NCBI GenBank assembly: GCA_019244185.1
Contig: JAFATB010000022.1
Coordinates: 384,001-448,000, forward strand
DNA: 64,000 nucleotides
Source: Acidobacteriota bacterium
GTDB taxonomy: Bacteria > Acidobacteriota > Thermoanaerobaculia > Gp7-AA8
Direction: 5' to 3'
Position numbers and translations under genes: made by a program. Numbering within the stretch: the first letter of the stretch is position 1; each line of letters begins with the position of its first letter. The notes below the pieces were generated by a model. It was not told where the DNA came from and made no database searches. It worked only from the letters and a program-made list of their open reading frames with translations. Positions 9,597-19,276 of the stretch are shown here, one piece after another.

Positions 9597-10823
9597 ATGA
9601 ACATCGAGGCCATTCGAGCTGCCTTTCCCGCGCTGCAGCGCGTCCACAACGGCCAGCCGGTCGCGTACTTCGACGCGCCCGGCGGAACGCAGGTGCCGCG
9701 CGCGGTCGCCGAGGCGATGACGGACTATCTCTTTCATCACAACGCGAACACGCACTGGTCGTATCCGACGAGCGCGGAGACCGACGCGATCATCGCGAAC
9801 GCGCGCGCGGCGATGGCGGACCTGCTGAACGCGCGGCCGGACGAGATCGCGTTCGGCGCGAACATGACCACGCTTACGTTTCACCTCGCGCGGGCGCTGG
9901 GGCGGACGTGGGACGACGGGGACGAGGTCATCGTCACCGAGCTCGATCATCACGCGAACGTCGCGCCGTGGCGCGCGCTGTCGATCGACCGCGGGATCGT
10001 GGTGAAGATGGCGCGGCTGATTCCGGAGACGATGCAGCTCGACTACGAGCATCTCGCCTCGCTGGTGACGGAGCGGACGAAGCTCATCGCGGCCGGCGGC
10101 GCGTCGAACGCGATCGGCACGATCAACGACCTGCAGCGCATCGCGAAGCTGGCGCGCGATGCGAACGCGCTCTTCTTCGTCGATGCCGTGCACTTGACGC
10201 CGCACGAGCTCGTCGATGTCGAGGCCATCGGCTGCGATTTTCTGGCGTGCTCGTCGTACAAGTTCTACGGTCCGCACGCGGGGATTCTCTTCGGACGTTT
10301 CGGCTTGCTCGACGTGCTGCCGTTCCCGAAGCTCGCGCCCGCGCCGGACCGCGCGCCGGAGCGCGTCGAGACGGGGACGCAGAATCACGAGGGGATCGCG
10401 GGGATCGCGGCGACGGTCGACTTTCTCGCGTCGCTTGGTGGTGACGGCGGGGACAATGCCTGTACAAGGCGCGAGCGGCTGACGCGCGCGTACGCGTCGC
10501 TGCACGAGAGCGGCCTGCGGCTGACGCGGATGTTGTGGGATGCGCTGACGTCGATGAAGCACGTGCGCGTGTTCGGTCCGCCGCCGACGCAGCCGCGCAC
10601 GCCGACGCTGTCGTTCACGATCGAAGGCGCCGACTGCCACGACGTCGCGCGGGTGCTCGCAGAACGTGCGCTCTTCGCGAGCAGCGGCGACTTTTACGCG
10701 ACGACGGTCTGCGAGCGGCTGGCGCTCGAGTCGCTCGTGCGCGTCGGCTGCGGCTGCTACACGACGGCGGACGAAGTGCAGCGGCTCATCGACGCGGTCG
10801 AACGGCTCCGGATCTTGCAGTAG
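9597..10823 (+). CDS. Cysteine desulfurase-like class V PLP enzyme (subfamily lacking the catalytic Cys)
   Basis: YFDAPGGTQ, LDHHANV, VDAVH, SSYKFYGPH, ETGT; SGDFYA where SufS has xGHHCA. Confidence 0.9.
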   Translation: MNIEAIRAAFPALQRVHNGQPVAYFDAPGGTQVPRAVAEAMTDYLFHHNANTHWSYPTSAETDAIIANARAAMADLLNARPDEIAFGANMTTLTFHLARALGRTWDDGDEVIVTELDHHANVAPWRALSIDRGIVVKMARLIPETMQLDYEHLASLVTERTKLIAAGGASNAIGTINDLQRIAKLARDANALFFVDAVHLTPHELVDVEAIGCDFLACSSYKFYGPHAGILFGRFGLLDVLPFPKLAPAPDRAPERVETGTQNHEGIAGIAATVDFLASLGGDGGDNACTRRERLTRAYASLHESGLRLTRMLWDALTSMKHVRVFGPPPTQPRTPTLSFTIEGADCHDVARVLAERALFASSGDFYATTVCERLALESLVRVGCGCYTTADEVQRLIDAVERLRILQ

Positions 10824-10835
10824 GATGCGTCTCGT

Positions 10836-11468
10836 ATGGCGAAGCGACCCACGAACGAGCCCGAGCCGCAGTCATCCCGCACGAGTCTGATCATCCTCTC
10901 CGCCGGCGCGATCGTCGTCATGGCCATCGTCGGCTGGGCGCTGACGCGCAGCGTGACGCCGTCGGTGCCCGATGCGCCGACGCTGACGGGCACGACGGTC
11001 GATTCGTCGACGTCCGTCGCGACGACGGCGCCCTCATCCACCGCGACGTCACCGACCGGCACGCTGCCGCCGCTCACCACGGCCGCGAACACGCCGACGG
11101 CGGACGAGCGGGTCATGGATACCGAGGAAGATAAGCGGAACGTGCCGCGCATCGCGGTCGAGGATCTGATTGGCAAAGTCAAACGCGGCGAGGTGACGGT
11201 GATCGACGTGCGCGATGAGGCGTCGTTCTTCCGCGGGCACATTCCGGGCGCGCTGCACATTCCGCTCGCCAGCGTCGAGAGCCAGCTCGCGGCCATTCCG
11301 CGCGGGAAGCCGATCGTCACGTACTGTACGTGACCCAACGAAGAATCGAGCGCCGGTGCGGCGCTCATCCTGCAGCACAACGGCGTCCAGAACGTTTCCG
11401 CGCTGGCCGGCGGCTTCCACGCCTGGCAGAACATGGGGCAGACGGTGGCCACCGGAACGGCGCAGTAA
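10836..11468 (+). CDS. Membrane-anchored rhodanese-domain selenoprotein (UGA at 11331-11333 read as Sec; 210 aa)
   Basis: IDVR, GHIPGA, then YCT[TGA]PNEESSAGAA...ALAGGFHAW continues in frame to TAA 11466-11468 and completes the rhodanese fold. Confidence 0.85.
11343..11370 (+). promoter_or_regulatory. Putative bacterial SECIS element
   Basis: GAGCGCC-GGTGC-GGCGCTC hairpin (11348-11366); G-initiated loop 21 nt after the UGA; bulged C in the lower stem. Confidence 0.75.
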
Positions 11469-11486
11469 TCGCAGCGCAGTGGCGGC

Positions 11487-11894
11487 GTGTTTACGCTCGT
11501 TCCGCACATCGCTGACGTTCGCGTGCTCTTGCGCGCGGCGACGCTGGAAGCGCTCTTCGCCGACGCCGTCTTCGGCATGTACGCGGTGATGCGCGACGAG
11601 GAGACGACCAGCAACACGTCGCCGGTGACGCGCACGATCGCCGTCGACGACTCCGCCGATACGACCGCGCTCCTCGTCGATTTCCTCAATGAAGTCCTGC
11701 ACCGCGCGCACGTCGCGCGCGAGCGCTTCACGCATGTCGCGTTCACGCGCTTCGAGGAGCGCTCGCTCACCGCGGAGCTCACCGGCATCGCACCCGCATC
11801 GTTCGAAGAGGACGTGAAGGCGGTGACGTATCACGAGGCCGACGTGCGCCGCGACGGCGACGACTGGACGACGATGCTCGTGTTCGACCTATGA
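11487..11894 (+). CDS. Archease
   Basis: N-terminal HIADV and C-terminal VKAVTYH...FDL motifs; directly upstream of rtcB. Confidence 0.9.
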   Translation: MFTLVPHIADVRVLLRAATLEALFADAVFGMYAVMRDEETTSNTSPVTRTIAVDDSADTTALLVDFLNEVLHRAHVARERFTHVAFTRFEERSLTAELTGIAPASFEEDVKAVTYHEADVRRDGDDWTTMLVFDL

Positions 11895-13276
11895 AGAAAT
11901 CGGATTTCGAAAAGCTCGACGAGTTCCTGTGGGAGATCCCGCAGACCCACCGCGGCGACATGCGCGTGCCGGCGCGCGTCTACGCGACCGAGGAGATGCT
12001 CGACTCGATCGTGCGCGACCGGTCGCTCGAGCAGCTGGTCAACGTGGCCACGCTGCCGGGCATTCAGAAGTACGCCATCGCGATGCCGGACGTGCACGAG
12101 GGCTACGGCTTTCCGATCGGCGGCGTGGCCGCGGTCGATGCGCGCGACGGCGTCGTGTCGCCCGGCGGCATCGGCTACGACATCAACTGCGGCGTGCGCC
12201 TGCTGCGCGCGTCGACGTCGTTCTCCGAAGTCGAGCCGCGCCTCGGGAAGCTCGCGCATTCGATCGCGCGCGAGGTGCCGTCCGGCGTCGGCCGCGGCGG
12301 CGCGCTGAAACTCAACGCGACCGACTTCGAGCTCGTGCTGCGCGACGGCGCGTCGCGCGCGATCGAGATGGGCTACGGCACTGCCGATGACGTCGCGCAC
12401 ATCGAGTCGAACGGGAAACTCGACGGCGCGGAGCCGCATCTCGTCTCCGGCGCGGCGCGCGAGCGCGGACACGACCAGCTCGGCACCATCGGCTCCGGCA
12501 ACCATTTCGTCGAGATCGATCGCGTCGACACCGTCTACGACGCCGACGAAGCGTCGCGCCTCGGCATCGCTTTCAACTCCCTCGTCGTGCAGATCCACAC
12601 CGGTTCCCGCGGGCTCGGCCACCAGGTCGCCACCGACTCGCTGCGCGTCATGACCAAGGTGATGGCGCAGTACGGCATCGAGGTCGCGGATCGCGAGCTC
12701 GCCTGCGCGCCGCTGTCGTCGAGGGAAGGGCAGAAGTACCTCGCCGCGATGGCCGCCGCCGCGAACTTCGCGTTCGCGAATCGGCAGGTGATCACCGCCG
12801 GCATCCGCCGCGCGTGGCAGCGCGAGTTTCCCGACGACCCGGTCGCAATCGTCTACGACGTCGCGCACAACGTCGCGAAGGTCGAGCGCTACGGCGACGC
12901 GGACGTCGTCGTGCACCGCAAGGGCGCCACGCGCGCGTTTCCGGGACAGCCGGTGCTGATCCCCGGCAGCATGGGCACGGCGTCGTACCTGCTCGTCGGG
13001 CAGGACGCGTCGATGACGCAGACGTTCGGCTCGAGCTGCCACGGGGCGGGACGGATGATGTCGCGCACGCGCGCGCGAAACGAGATCAACGCCGAAGAGC
13101 TGCGCGGGCGGTTGCGCAAGCTCGGCATCGTCGCCGAGGCGGGATCGTCGAAGGGGCTCGTTGAAGAAGCACCGGAGGCGTACAAGGACATCGACGCGGT
13201 GGTCGATGTCGTCGCGCGCGCGGGCATCGCGAAGAAAGTCGCGCGCTTCGTGCCGATTGCGGTGATCAAGGGCTGA
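11891..13276 (+). CDS. rtcB: RNA ligase RtcB
   Basis: MPDVHEGYGFPIGG, GYDINCG, GSGNHF, HTGSRG, HRKGAT, CHGAGR, EEAPEAYK. Confidence 0.96.
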   Translation: MKKSDFEKLDEFLWEIPQTHRGDMRVPARVYATEEMLDSIVRDRSLEQLVNVATLPGIQKYAIAMPDVHEGYGFPIGGVAAVDARDGVVSPGGIGYDINCGVRLLRASTSFSEVEPRLGKLAHSIAREVPSGVGRGGALKLNATDFELVLRDGASRAIEMGYGTADDVAHIESNGKLDGAEPHLVSGAARERGHDQLGTIGSGNHFVEIDRVDTVYDADEASRLGIAFNSLVVQIHTGSRGLGHQVATDSLRVMTKVMAQYGIEVADRELACAPLSSREGQKYLAAMAAAANFAFANRQVITAGIRRAWQREFPDDPVAIVYDVAHNVAKVERYGDADVVVHRKGATRAFPGQPVLIPGSMGTASYLLVGQDASMTQTFGSSCHGAGRMMSRTRARNEINAEELRGRLRKLGIVAEAGSSKGLVEEAPEAYKDIDAVVDVVARAGIAKKVARFVPIAVIKG

Positions 13277-13401
13277 CGCCGACGCGTCGCGGCGCGTTTG
13301 CGCGCATCGCAAAAGTTGCTGTCACCCCTTGCGCATCGGGCTTTCCGGCCTTATGTCTGTACCACTCGCCTTAATTGGGTCCAGACAAACGGGAGGCTTC
13401 G

Positions 13402-15264
13402 ATGCGCTCAAGGGGATTCCTGTTCACGTTGGGATTGGTGTCTTTGTGCGCGGCACTGTCCGCGCAGCCGGTGCGGCCGCGGATTCCGGTGCTCGACGGG
13501 CCGGCCAGCGGGCAACGCACGATCAACCTGCCCGGAGGCGTGCCGCTCGTGCTCGAACGCGCGACGACCGCGTGCGCGGGCGGCGGGACGTGCTGGGTCG
13601 CGCGCGATCCGCTGACTTATCGGCAATGGTTCGCGATCATGGGCACGTCGCGCTTTCCCGACGTGGCGCCGCAGGAGCTCGATCGTCCGATCGAGTCGCT
13701 GACGCCGGCCGACGTCTCGGGCGACAAAGGCTTTCTCGCCGCGCTGGCGGCGTATCAGGAGAAGTTCCCCGGCGACGCGCCGATGAAGTTCGGCGGACCG
13801 GTCACACCGCTGCCGCAGGCACAGGCAAATAGCACCGGCGTGCACATCACCGCGACGATGGCCTCGAACAAGTCGCTGCAGCCGATCACCGACGCCGCGT
13901 GCACGTTCGGCGGCGCGAGCGGCATCTCGTGCGGCCAGACGCGCTCCGGCTCGCTGTCCGTCTCCGACTGCACGCTCGGCGACGGCTCGTACGCGGACGT
14001 CTACTCCTTCAGCGGCACGTCCGGTGAGCAGGTGACGATCAACCTCTCGTCGACGGCCTTCGATACCTATCTCCTGCTCTACGACCCGTCGGGAAGTCTG
14101 GCCATGACCGACGACGACAGCGGACCGGGTCTGAACTCGCAGATCGCGTACACGCTGACGGCGACCGGCACGTGGTACATCGTCGCGAACTCGCTGCACG
14201 CCGGCGACACCGGCGCGTACGACGTGCTGCTGAGCTGCGACAACGGCAACACGAACTGCAACGTCGGCACGACCTCGTGCGGCGCCACCGTCTCCGGCGC
14301 GCTGTCGACGTCCGACTGCCAGCTCAGCGATGGTTCGTATGTTGACTTCTATCAGTTCTCCGGCACGGCCGGCACGACGGTGACGATCGATCTCTCGTCG
14401 AGCGCGTTCGACACCTACCTCGTGCTGCTCGATCCCAACGCCAACCTGGCCGCGTTCGACGACGACAGCGGCGGCGCGCTCAACTCGCGAATCGTCTACA
14501 CGTTGACCAGTTCGGGGAACTGGGTCATCGGCGCGAACTCGCTGCACGGCGGCGCGACCGGCGGCTATTCGCTGCACACGAGTTGCGGCAACCCGACCTC
14601 GTCGTGCACATACACGCTCGGCAGCTCGTCGGCGTCGTACGGCTCGGGCGGCGGCAGCGGCAGCGTGCAGGTGAGCGGCTCGCCGTCGAACTGCACCGGC
14701 AGCTGGAGCAGCATCAGCAACGCCTCGTGGCTGGGCATCACCAGCGGCTCCGGCGGCTCCGGCGCGGGACCGTTCACGCTGAACTACTCGGTCGGCTCGA
14801 ACAGCTCGTCGTCGTCGCGCAACGGCTCGATGACCGTCGCCGGCCACACGTTCACGGTCACGCAGTCGGGGCAGTCGACCGGCGTCTGCACGCCGAGCTC
14901 GACGCGCGCGTGCCTGCTCAACGGACGCTTCGCCGCGACGGTGCGCTTCCGCGGCGGCTTCGACAACGGCTCGGCCGACACGAACGCGTTCGTCAAATCG
15001 GTGAGCGGCTTCGCCAGCCCCAACTTCGAGACCGCGTTCTTCTACTTCAACAGCGACAACAACATCGAGATGCTGCTCAAGATGCTCGATCAGGGGAACA
15101 CCGATGGCGCCGGACATCCGACCATCGCGGTGCTGTTCGGCACGGCAACGCCGCTGCGCATCGAGCTGTCGATCACCGATACGCAGACCGGCATCACGCG
15201 CACGTATTCGAGCGACTTCAGCGCGATGCGCGGCGTGACCGACTTCACCGCTTTCCTCAAGTGA
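13402..15264 (+). CDS. Secreted protein with two PPC-like repeats, a BACON-like domain and a conserved-looking C-terminal domain
   Basis: Signal peptide; duplicated DGSYxDxYxFSGTxG...SxAFDTYL..LDP...DDDSG units; SNASWL...RNGSMTVAG; tail CLLNGRF...FYFNSDNNIEMLLKMLD. Confidence 0.8.
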   Translation: MRSRGFLFTLGLVSLCAALSAQPVRPRIPVLDGPASGQRTINLPGGVPLVLERATTACAGGGTCWVARDPLTYRQWFAIMGTSRFPDVAPQELDRPIESLTPADVSGDKGFLAALAAYQEKFPGDAPMKFGGPVTPLPQAQANSTGVHITATMASNKSLQPITDAACTFGGASGISCGQTRSGSLSVSDCTLGDGSYADVYSFSGTSGEQVTINLSSTAFDTYLLLYDPSGSLAMTDDDSGPGLNSQIAYTLTATGTWYIVANSLHAGDTGAYDVLLSCDNGNTNCNVGTTSCGATVSGALSTSDCQLSDGSYVDFYQFSGTAGTTVTIDLSSSAFDTYLVLLDPNANLAAFDDDSGGALNSRIVYTLTSSGNWVIGANSLHGGATGGYSLHTSCGNPTSSCTYTLGSSSASYGSGGGSGSVQVSGSPSNCTGSWSSISNASWLGITSGSGGSGAGPFTLNYSVGSNSSSSSRNGSMTVAGHTFTVTQSGQSTGVCTPSSTRACLLNGRFAATVRFRGGFDNGSADTNAFVKSVSGFASPNFETAFFYFNSDNNIEMLLKMLDQGNTDGAGHPTIAVLFGTATPLRIELSITDTQTGITRTYSSDFSAMRGVTDFTAFLK

Positions 15265-15319
15265 CCGATTTCGCGCATGACGTGGTCCCTCCGTTGCACT
15301 TACGTGCAGCGGAGGGACC

Positions 15320-15814
15320 ATGGAAAGCAGAGCGAAACTCCTTGGACATCCCATTCACCAGATGCTGGTCGTGTTTCCGCTGGGGCTGCTGGCAACGTCG
15401 ATCGTGTTCGACGTCATCGCGCTGCTGACGCATCACGCGGGCCTCGCGCTCGCGGCGTTCTACATGATCGCGGCGGGCGTCATCGGCGCTCTCGCCGCGG
15501 CGGTCTTCGGCCTCATCGACTTTCTCGCGATCCCGCACGGCACGCGCGCGCGTCGCGTCGGCACGCTGCACGGCATCGGCAACGTGATCGTCGTCGTGTT
15601 CTTCGCGGCGAGCTGGTTCATCCGCCGTCCCGATCCGTCGCATCCCGCGATTCTCGCGATCGTGTTGTCGGCCCTCGGCGCGGCGCTCAGCGGCGCGACG
15701 GCGTGGCTCGGCGGCGAGTTGGTCGATCGTCTCGGTGTCGGCGTCGACGACGGCGCGCACCTCGACGCTCCGAGCTCGCTGCGGCACGAGACGGTGCACG
15801 CCCGCGAACGGTAA
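15320..15814 (+). CDS. DUF2231-like membrane protein
   Basis: HPIHQMLVVFPLG and WLGGELV motifs; four hydrophobic segments. Confidence 0.8.
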   Translation: MESRAKLLGHPIHQMLVVFPLGLLATSIVFDVIALLTHHAGLALAAFYMIAAGVIGALAAAVFGLIDFLAIPHGTRARRVGTLHGIGNVIVVVFFAASWFIRRPDPSHPAILAIVLSALGAALSGATAWLGGELVDRLGVGVDDGAHLDAPSSLRHETVHARER

Positions 15815-15832
15815 CGGCGTATAAAGAGCGGG

Positions 15833-16576
15833 ATGCGTCCGCGTCCCGCTCTGCTCGTCCTCCTTCTGCTGCTCGCATGGCCGCTGCACGCGCAGACGCC
15901 CGGTGACGATCTCCTCGCGATCCAGGACAACAGCTTTCTCGCCGAGGAGGCGTACAACCAGGATCCGGGGGTCGTGCAGCACATCAGCCTCTTCACGCGC
16001 GATCGCGACAGCGGCGACTGGGTCTACACGTTCACGCAGGAATGGCCGGCGCCGTCGCTGCGGCATCAGCTGAGCTACTCGATTCCGTACGCGCATCCCG
16101 CCGGCACGGGCAACATCGCCCTCAACTACCGCTACCAACTCCTCGGCGACAGCAAGTCGACGCTGGCCATCGCACCGCGTCTCACGCTGCTGCTGCCGAA
16201 CGGCGACAACGAGCGCGGCGTGCAGGTGATGCTGCCGATCAGCCGCGTGCTCACGTCGCGCGCGATCGCGCATACCGACGTCGGCGCGACGTGGATCGCG
16301 CACGGCGGCGGAATGCAGCTCAATCTCGCGCAGAGCTTCATCTACGCGATCCACCATCGCGCACAGCTGATGCTCGAAGCGGCGTACTCGGGCGGCGGCA
16401 ACGGCGGCGACTCGTTCGTCGTCAGTCCCGGTGTGCGTTGGTCGTATGACTTCACGAGCGGCCTGCAGATCGTGCCCGGTGTCGGCGTCCCGATCGGCGT
16501 CGGTCCGAGCCACGGCAGCGACGCTGTGCTGCTGTATCTCAGCTTCGAGCATCCGTTCCGGCACACGGGGTCGTGA
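15833..16576 (+). CDS. Putative outer-membrane beta-barrel/transporter-family protein
   Basis: Signal peptide, IQDNSFLAEEAYNQ motif, amphipathic strands, terminal YLSFEHPF. Confidence 0.65.
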   Translation: MRPRPALLVLLLLLAWPLHAQTPGDDLLAIQDNSFLAEEAYNQDPGVVQHISLFTRDRDSGDWVYTFTQEWPAPSLRHQLSYSIPYAHPAGTGNIALNYRYQLLGDSKSTLAIAPRLTLLLPNGDNERGVQVMLPISRVLTSRAIAHTDVGATWIAHGGGMQLNLAQSFIYAIHHRAQLMLEAAYSGGGNGGDSFVVSPGVRWSYDFTSGLQIVPGVGVPIGVGPSHGSDAVLLYLSFEHPFRHTGS

Positions 16577-16621
16577 CGCGCTGGCGATGCTGCGCGAGCG
16601 GGCGTGCTAGATTCGCCGGCG

Positions 16622-17203
16622 GTGAGAATCGCCGTCTCGGGCAGCCATTGCTCAGGAAAGAGCACCCTGATCGAGGACTTTGTCGCCGTTCACCGCGAAT
16701 ACGTTCACGAGCCGGAACCGTGCGAGTGGCTGGAGGACTTGTACGGTGAGCCGCTCCCCGCGGAACCCACGGCCGCCGACTTCCGCCGGCAACTGGAGAT
16801 CTCGGTCGAGCGTCTGCAGCAATATGCGTCGAACACAGAGGTCATCTTCGAGCGAAGCGCTGTCGATTTCGTCGCGTACCTGCTCGCGCTGAACGATCTG
16901 GGCCGCTCCGCTCGCGATTGCGAGCTAATCGAGTCGTCGGCCGATCTCGCCGCGGCAGGCATGGCCCACATCGATCTGCTCGTCGTCCTGCCGCTGGACG
17001 ACAGAGACGGAATCGTGGTGCCGGAATCGGAAGACCCGGAGCTCCGCGAAGCGATGAATCAGCGGCTCCTGGAGCTCGTCACGGAAGACCAGCATGCACT
17101 GTTCGGGAGCGGCCGTACGCGCATCCTCGAGGTCCGCGGCACACGAAGCGAGCGTCTCCGCACGCTTGAAAAAGCGCTTCGCGCACGCGCGGGCGCGGCC
17201 TAG
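16622..17203 (+). CDS. P-loop NTPase (AAA_28/NadR-kinase-like)
   Basis: RIAVSGSHCSGKSTL Walker A; IFERSAVD. Confidence 0.8.
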   Translation: MRIAVSGSHCSGKSTLIEDFVAVHREYVHEPEPCEWLEDLYGEPLPAEPTAADFRRQLEISVERLQQYASNTEVIFERSAVDFVAYLLALNDLGRSARDCELIESSADLAAAGMAHIDLLVVLPLDDRDGIVVPESEDPELREAMNQRLLELVTEDQHALFGSGRTRILEVRGTRSERLRTLEKALRARAGAA

Positions 17204-17856
17204 CCGCGGTGGCGCGTCTCGAACAACCGCCGCCCCGCCACGACCGAGTCGTTCGGGAGCGGCACCGGGTCGCCGACGCGTAGTGCCTCGATGTACACGC
17301 GGGCGCACGACTCCATCACGATGGCCAAGTGCAGCGCTTCGTCGAGCGTGCGGCCGACGCAGACGTTGCCGTGGTTCGCGAGCAGCACGGCCGTCCGGTC
17401 GCGCAGCGTCCGCACGACGTTCGTGCCGACGGCGTCCGTGCCGGTGAGGGCGTAGTCGGCCACTTCGACCGGGCCGCCGAAGTACACCATCATCTCGTCG
17501 ATGATCGGCGGGAGCGGGCGGCGGAGCACGGAGAGCGTGGTGACGTACGGCGCGTGCGTGTGCACGATGGCGTGGATGTCGGGGCGCGAGCGGTAGACGG
17601 CGAGATGCATCGGCAGCTCGTACGACGGCGCGTGTGAGGCCTCGACGGTTTCGCCGGTGTGCAGGTCCACGATGCTCACCGCATCTTCGTGCAGGATGTT
17701 GTACGCGACGGAGGTCGGCGTGATGGCGAGGTGATCGGCGCCGATGCGGCGGCTGACGTTGCCGGCCGACCCGACGACGAGTCCGGCCTCGTGCATCTTC
17801 TTCGCGTGCAGGCAGACGTCGCGGCGCGCTTCGTTCCAGCTGTCGTTGCGGTCCAT
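17200..17856 (-). CDS. Class II aldolase/adducin family protein (FucA-like)
   Basis: GNVS, PSYELPMH, IVHTH, LLANHG motifs. Confidence 0.9.
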   Translation of the reverse strand: MDRNDSWNEARRDVCLHAKKMHEAGLVVGSAGNVSRRIGADHLAITPTSVAYNILHEDAVSIVDLHTGETVEASHAPSYELPMHLAVYRSRPDIHAIVHTHAPYVTTLSVLRRPLPPIIDEMMVYFGGPVEVADYALTGTDAVGTNVVRTLRDRTAVLLANHGNVCVGRTLDEALHLAIVMESCARVYIEALRVGDPVPLPNDSVVAGRRLFETRHRG

Positions 17857-17890
17857 GCTCCGGAGTGTATCGCTCGGGCTAGACTGTCGC

Positions 17891-19276
17891 GTGCATCTGC
17901 TGCATCTCTTCGACCTCTCGCTCGTCGCGCGGGCGGACGAGCCGGCGCTGGAGTGGGCGGGGGCCACGTACACGTTCGGCGAGCTCGAGGCGCGCAGCAA
18001 TCGCGTCGCGCACGCGCTTGCGGCGCGCGGCTTGGTCGCCGGTGACCGGCTCTGCGTCTACCTCGCGAACCGCATCGAGCTGATCGATCTCTACCTCGCG
18101 TGCGTCAAGCTCGGCGTGCTGTTCGTGCCGATCAACATCCTCTACCGCGAGCGTGAGATCGCGCACATCACCGGCGACGCGGAGCCGCGCGCGACGTTCA
18201 CCGCGGACGAGCTACCCGCGCTGTACGCGGAAGCGGAGAGGCAGTCGACCACGCGACCGTCGACGCCGCTCGATCGCGACACGCCCGCGGCGATCGTTTA
18301 CACGTCGGGCACGACCGGCGCTTCGAAGGGCGCGATCCTCACGCACGGCAACTTCGTGGTGAACGCCGTCAACCTCACGACGCTGTGGCAGATCACCGCG
18401 CGCGACCGCTTCCTTCTCGCGCTCCCGCTCTTCCACATCCACGCCCTCGGCAACGGCCTCCATACGTGGCTCGCCAGCGGCTGCCGCATGCGTCTCCTGG
18501 AACGCTTCGACCACCGCATCGCGATCGACGAATTTCTCGACTTCGCGCCGACGCTCTTCTTCGGCGTGCCCACGGTCTACGTCCGGCTGCTCGAGACGAC
18601 ACCGGAGGTCGCGCGGACCATCGGCGCGCGCATGCGTCTCTTCGTCTCCGGCTCCGCGCCGCTGCCGGCGCAAACGCTCGAAGACTTTCGCGCGCGCTTC
18701 GGCCACACGATCCTCGAACGCTACGGCATGACCGAGACGTTCATGAACTGCAGCAATCCGTACGCGGGGGAGCGGCGCGCGGGCACGGTCGGCGTACCGC
18801 TGCCCGGCGTCGCGACGCGCATCGAAGACGGCGAGCTCCTCGTGCGCGGCCCGAACGTCTTCGCCGGCTACTGGCGGCGTCCCGAAGCCACCGCCGCCGC
18901 GTTCACGAGTGACGGCTTTTTCCGCACCGGCGATCTCGCCACCGTTTCCTCCGACGGCTACGTCACGCTCCTCGGCCGCAGGTCCGATCTCATCATCTCC
19001 GGCGGCTTCAACATCTATCCGCGCGAGATCGAAGAGCTGCTGCTCGAACAGGCGGGCGTGCGCGAGGCCGCGGTCTGCGCGCGGCCGGACGCATTGCGCG
19101 GCGAGGTGCCGGCGGCGTATCTCGTCGGCGACTTCGATCCGGACGCGCTCGAACGCGTCTGCCGCGAACAGCTCGCGTCGTTCAAGGTGCCGCGGGCGTT
19201 CGTGCGAGTCGATGCGATTCCGCGGACGGCGCTCGGGAAGGTGCAGAAGCACTTGCTCGCCGCGGATGCCAAGTGA
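17891..19276 (+). CDS. Acyl-CoA synthetase (malonyl-CoA synthetase MatB-like)
   Basis: YTSGTTGASKG, LERYGMTET, FRTGD, GGFNIYPREIE, GKVQK. Confidence 0.88.
   Translation: MHLLHLFDLSLVARADEPALEWAGATYTFGELEARSNRVAHALAARGLVAGDRLCVYLANRIELIDLYLACVKLGVLFVPINILYREREIAHITGDAEPRATFTADELPALYAEAERQSTTRPSTPLDRDTPAAIVYTSGTTGASKGAILTHGNFVVNAVNLTTLWQITARDRFLLALPLFHIHALGNGLHTWLASGCRMRLLERFDHRIAIDEFLDFAPTLFFGVPTVYVRLLETTPEVARTIGARMRLFVSGSAPLPAQTLEDFRARFGHTILERYGMTETFMNCSNPYAGERRAGTVGVPLPGVATRIEDGELLVRGPNVFAGYWRRPEATAAAFTSDGFFRTGDLATVSSDGYVTLLGRRSDLIISGGFNIYPREIEELLLEQAGVREAAVCARPDALRGEVPAAYLVGDFDPDALERVCREQLASFKVPRAFVRVDAIPRTALGKVQKHLLAADAK

Noticed and set aside
10836-11333. Truncated rhodanese pseudogene
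   Set aside because: The downstream frame is intact, the TGA sits at a Cys-equivalent position and a SECIS-like hairpin follows, favouring recoding.
19182-19276. Convergent 3' overlaps (PAP2/acyl-CoA synthetase; also 44530-44636) as functional overlapping genes
   Set aside because: The overlapping tails are low-information extensions, common where stop codons are scarce.
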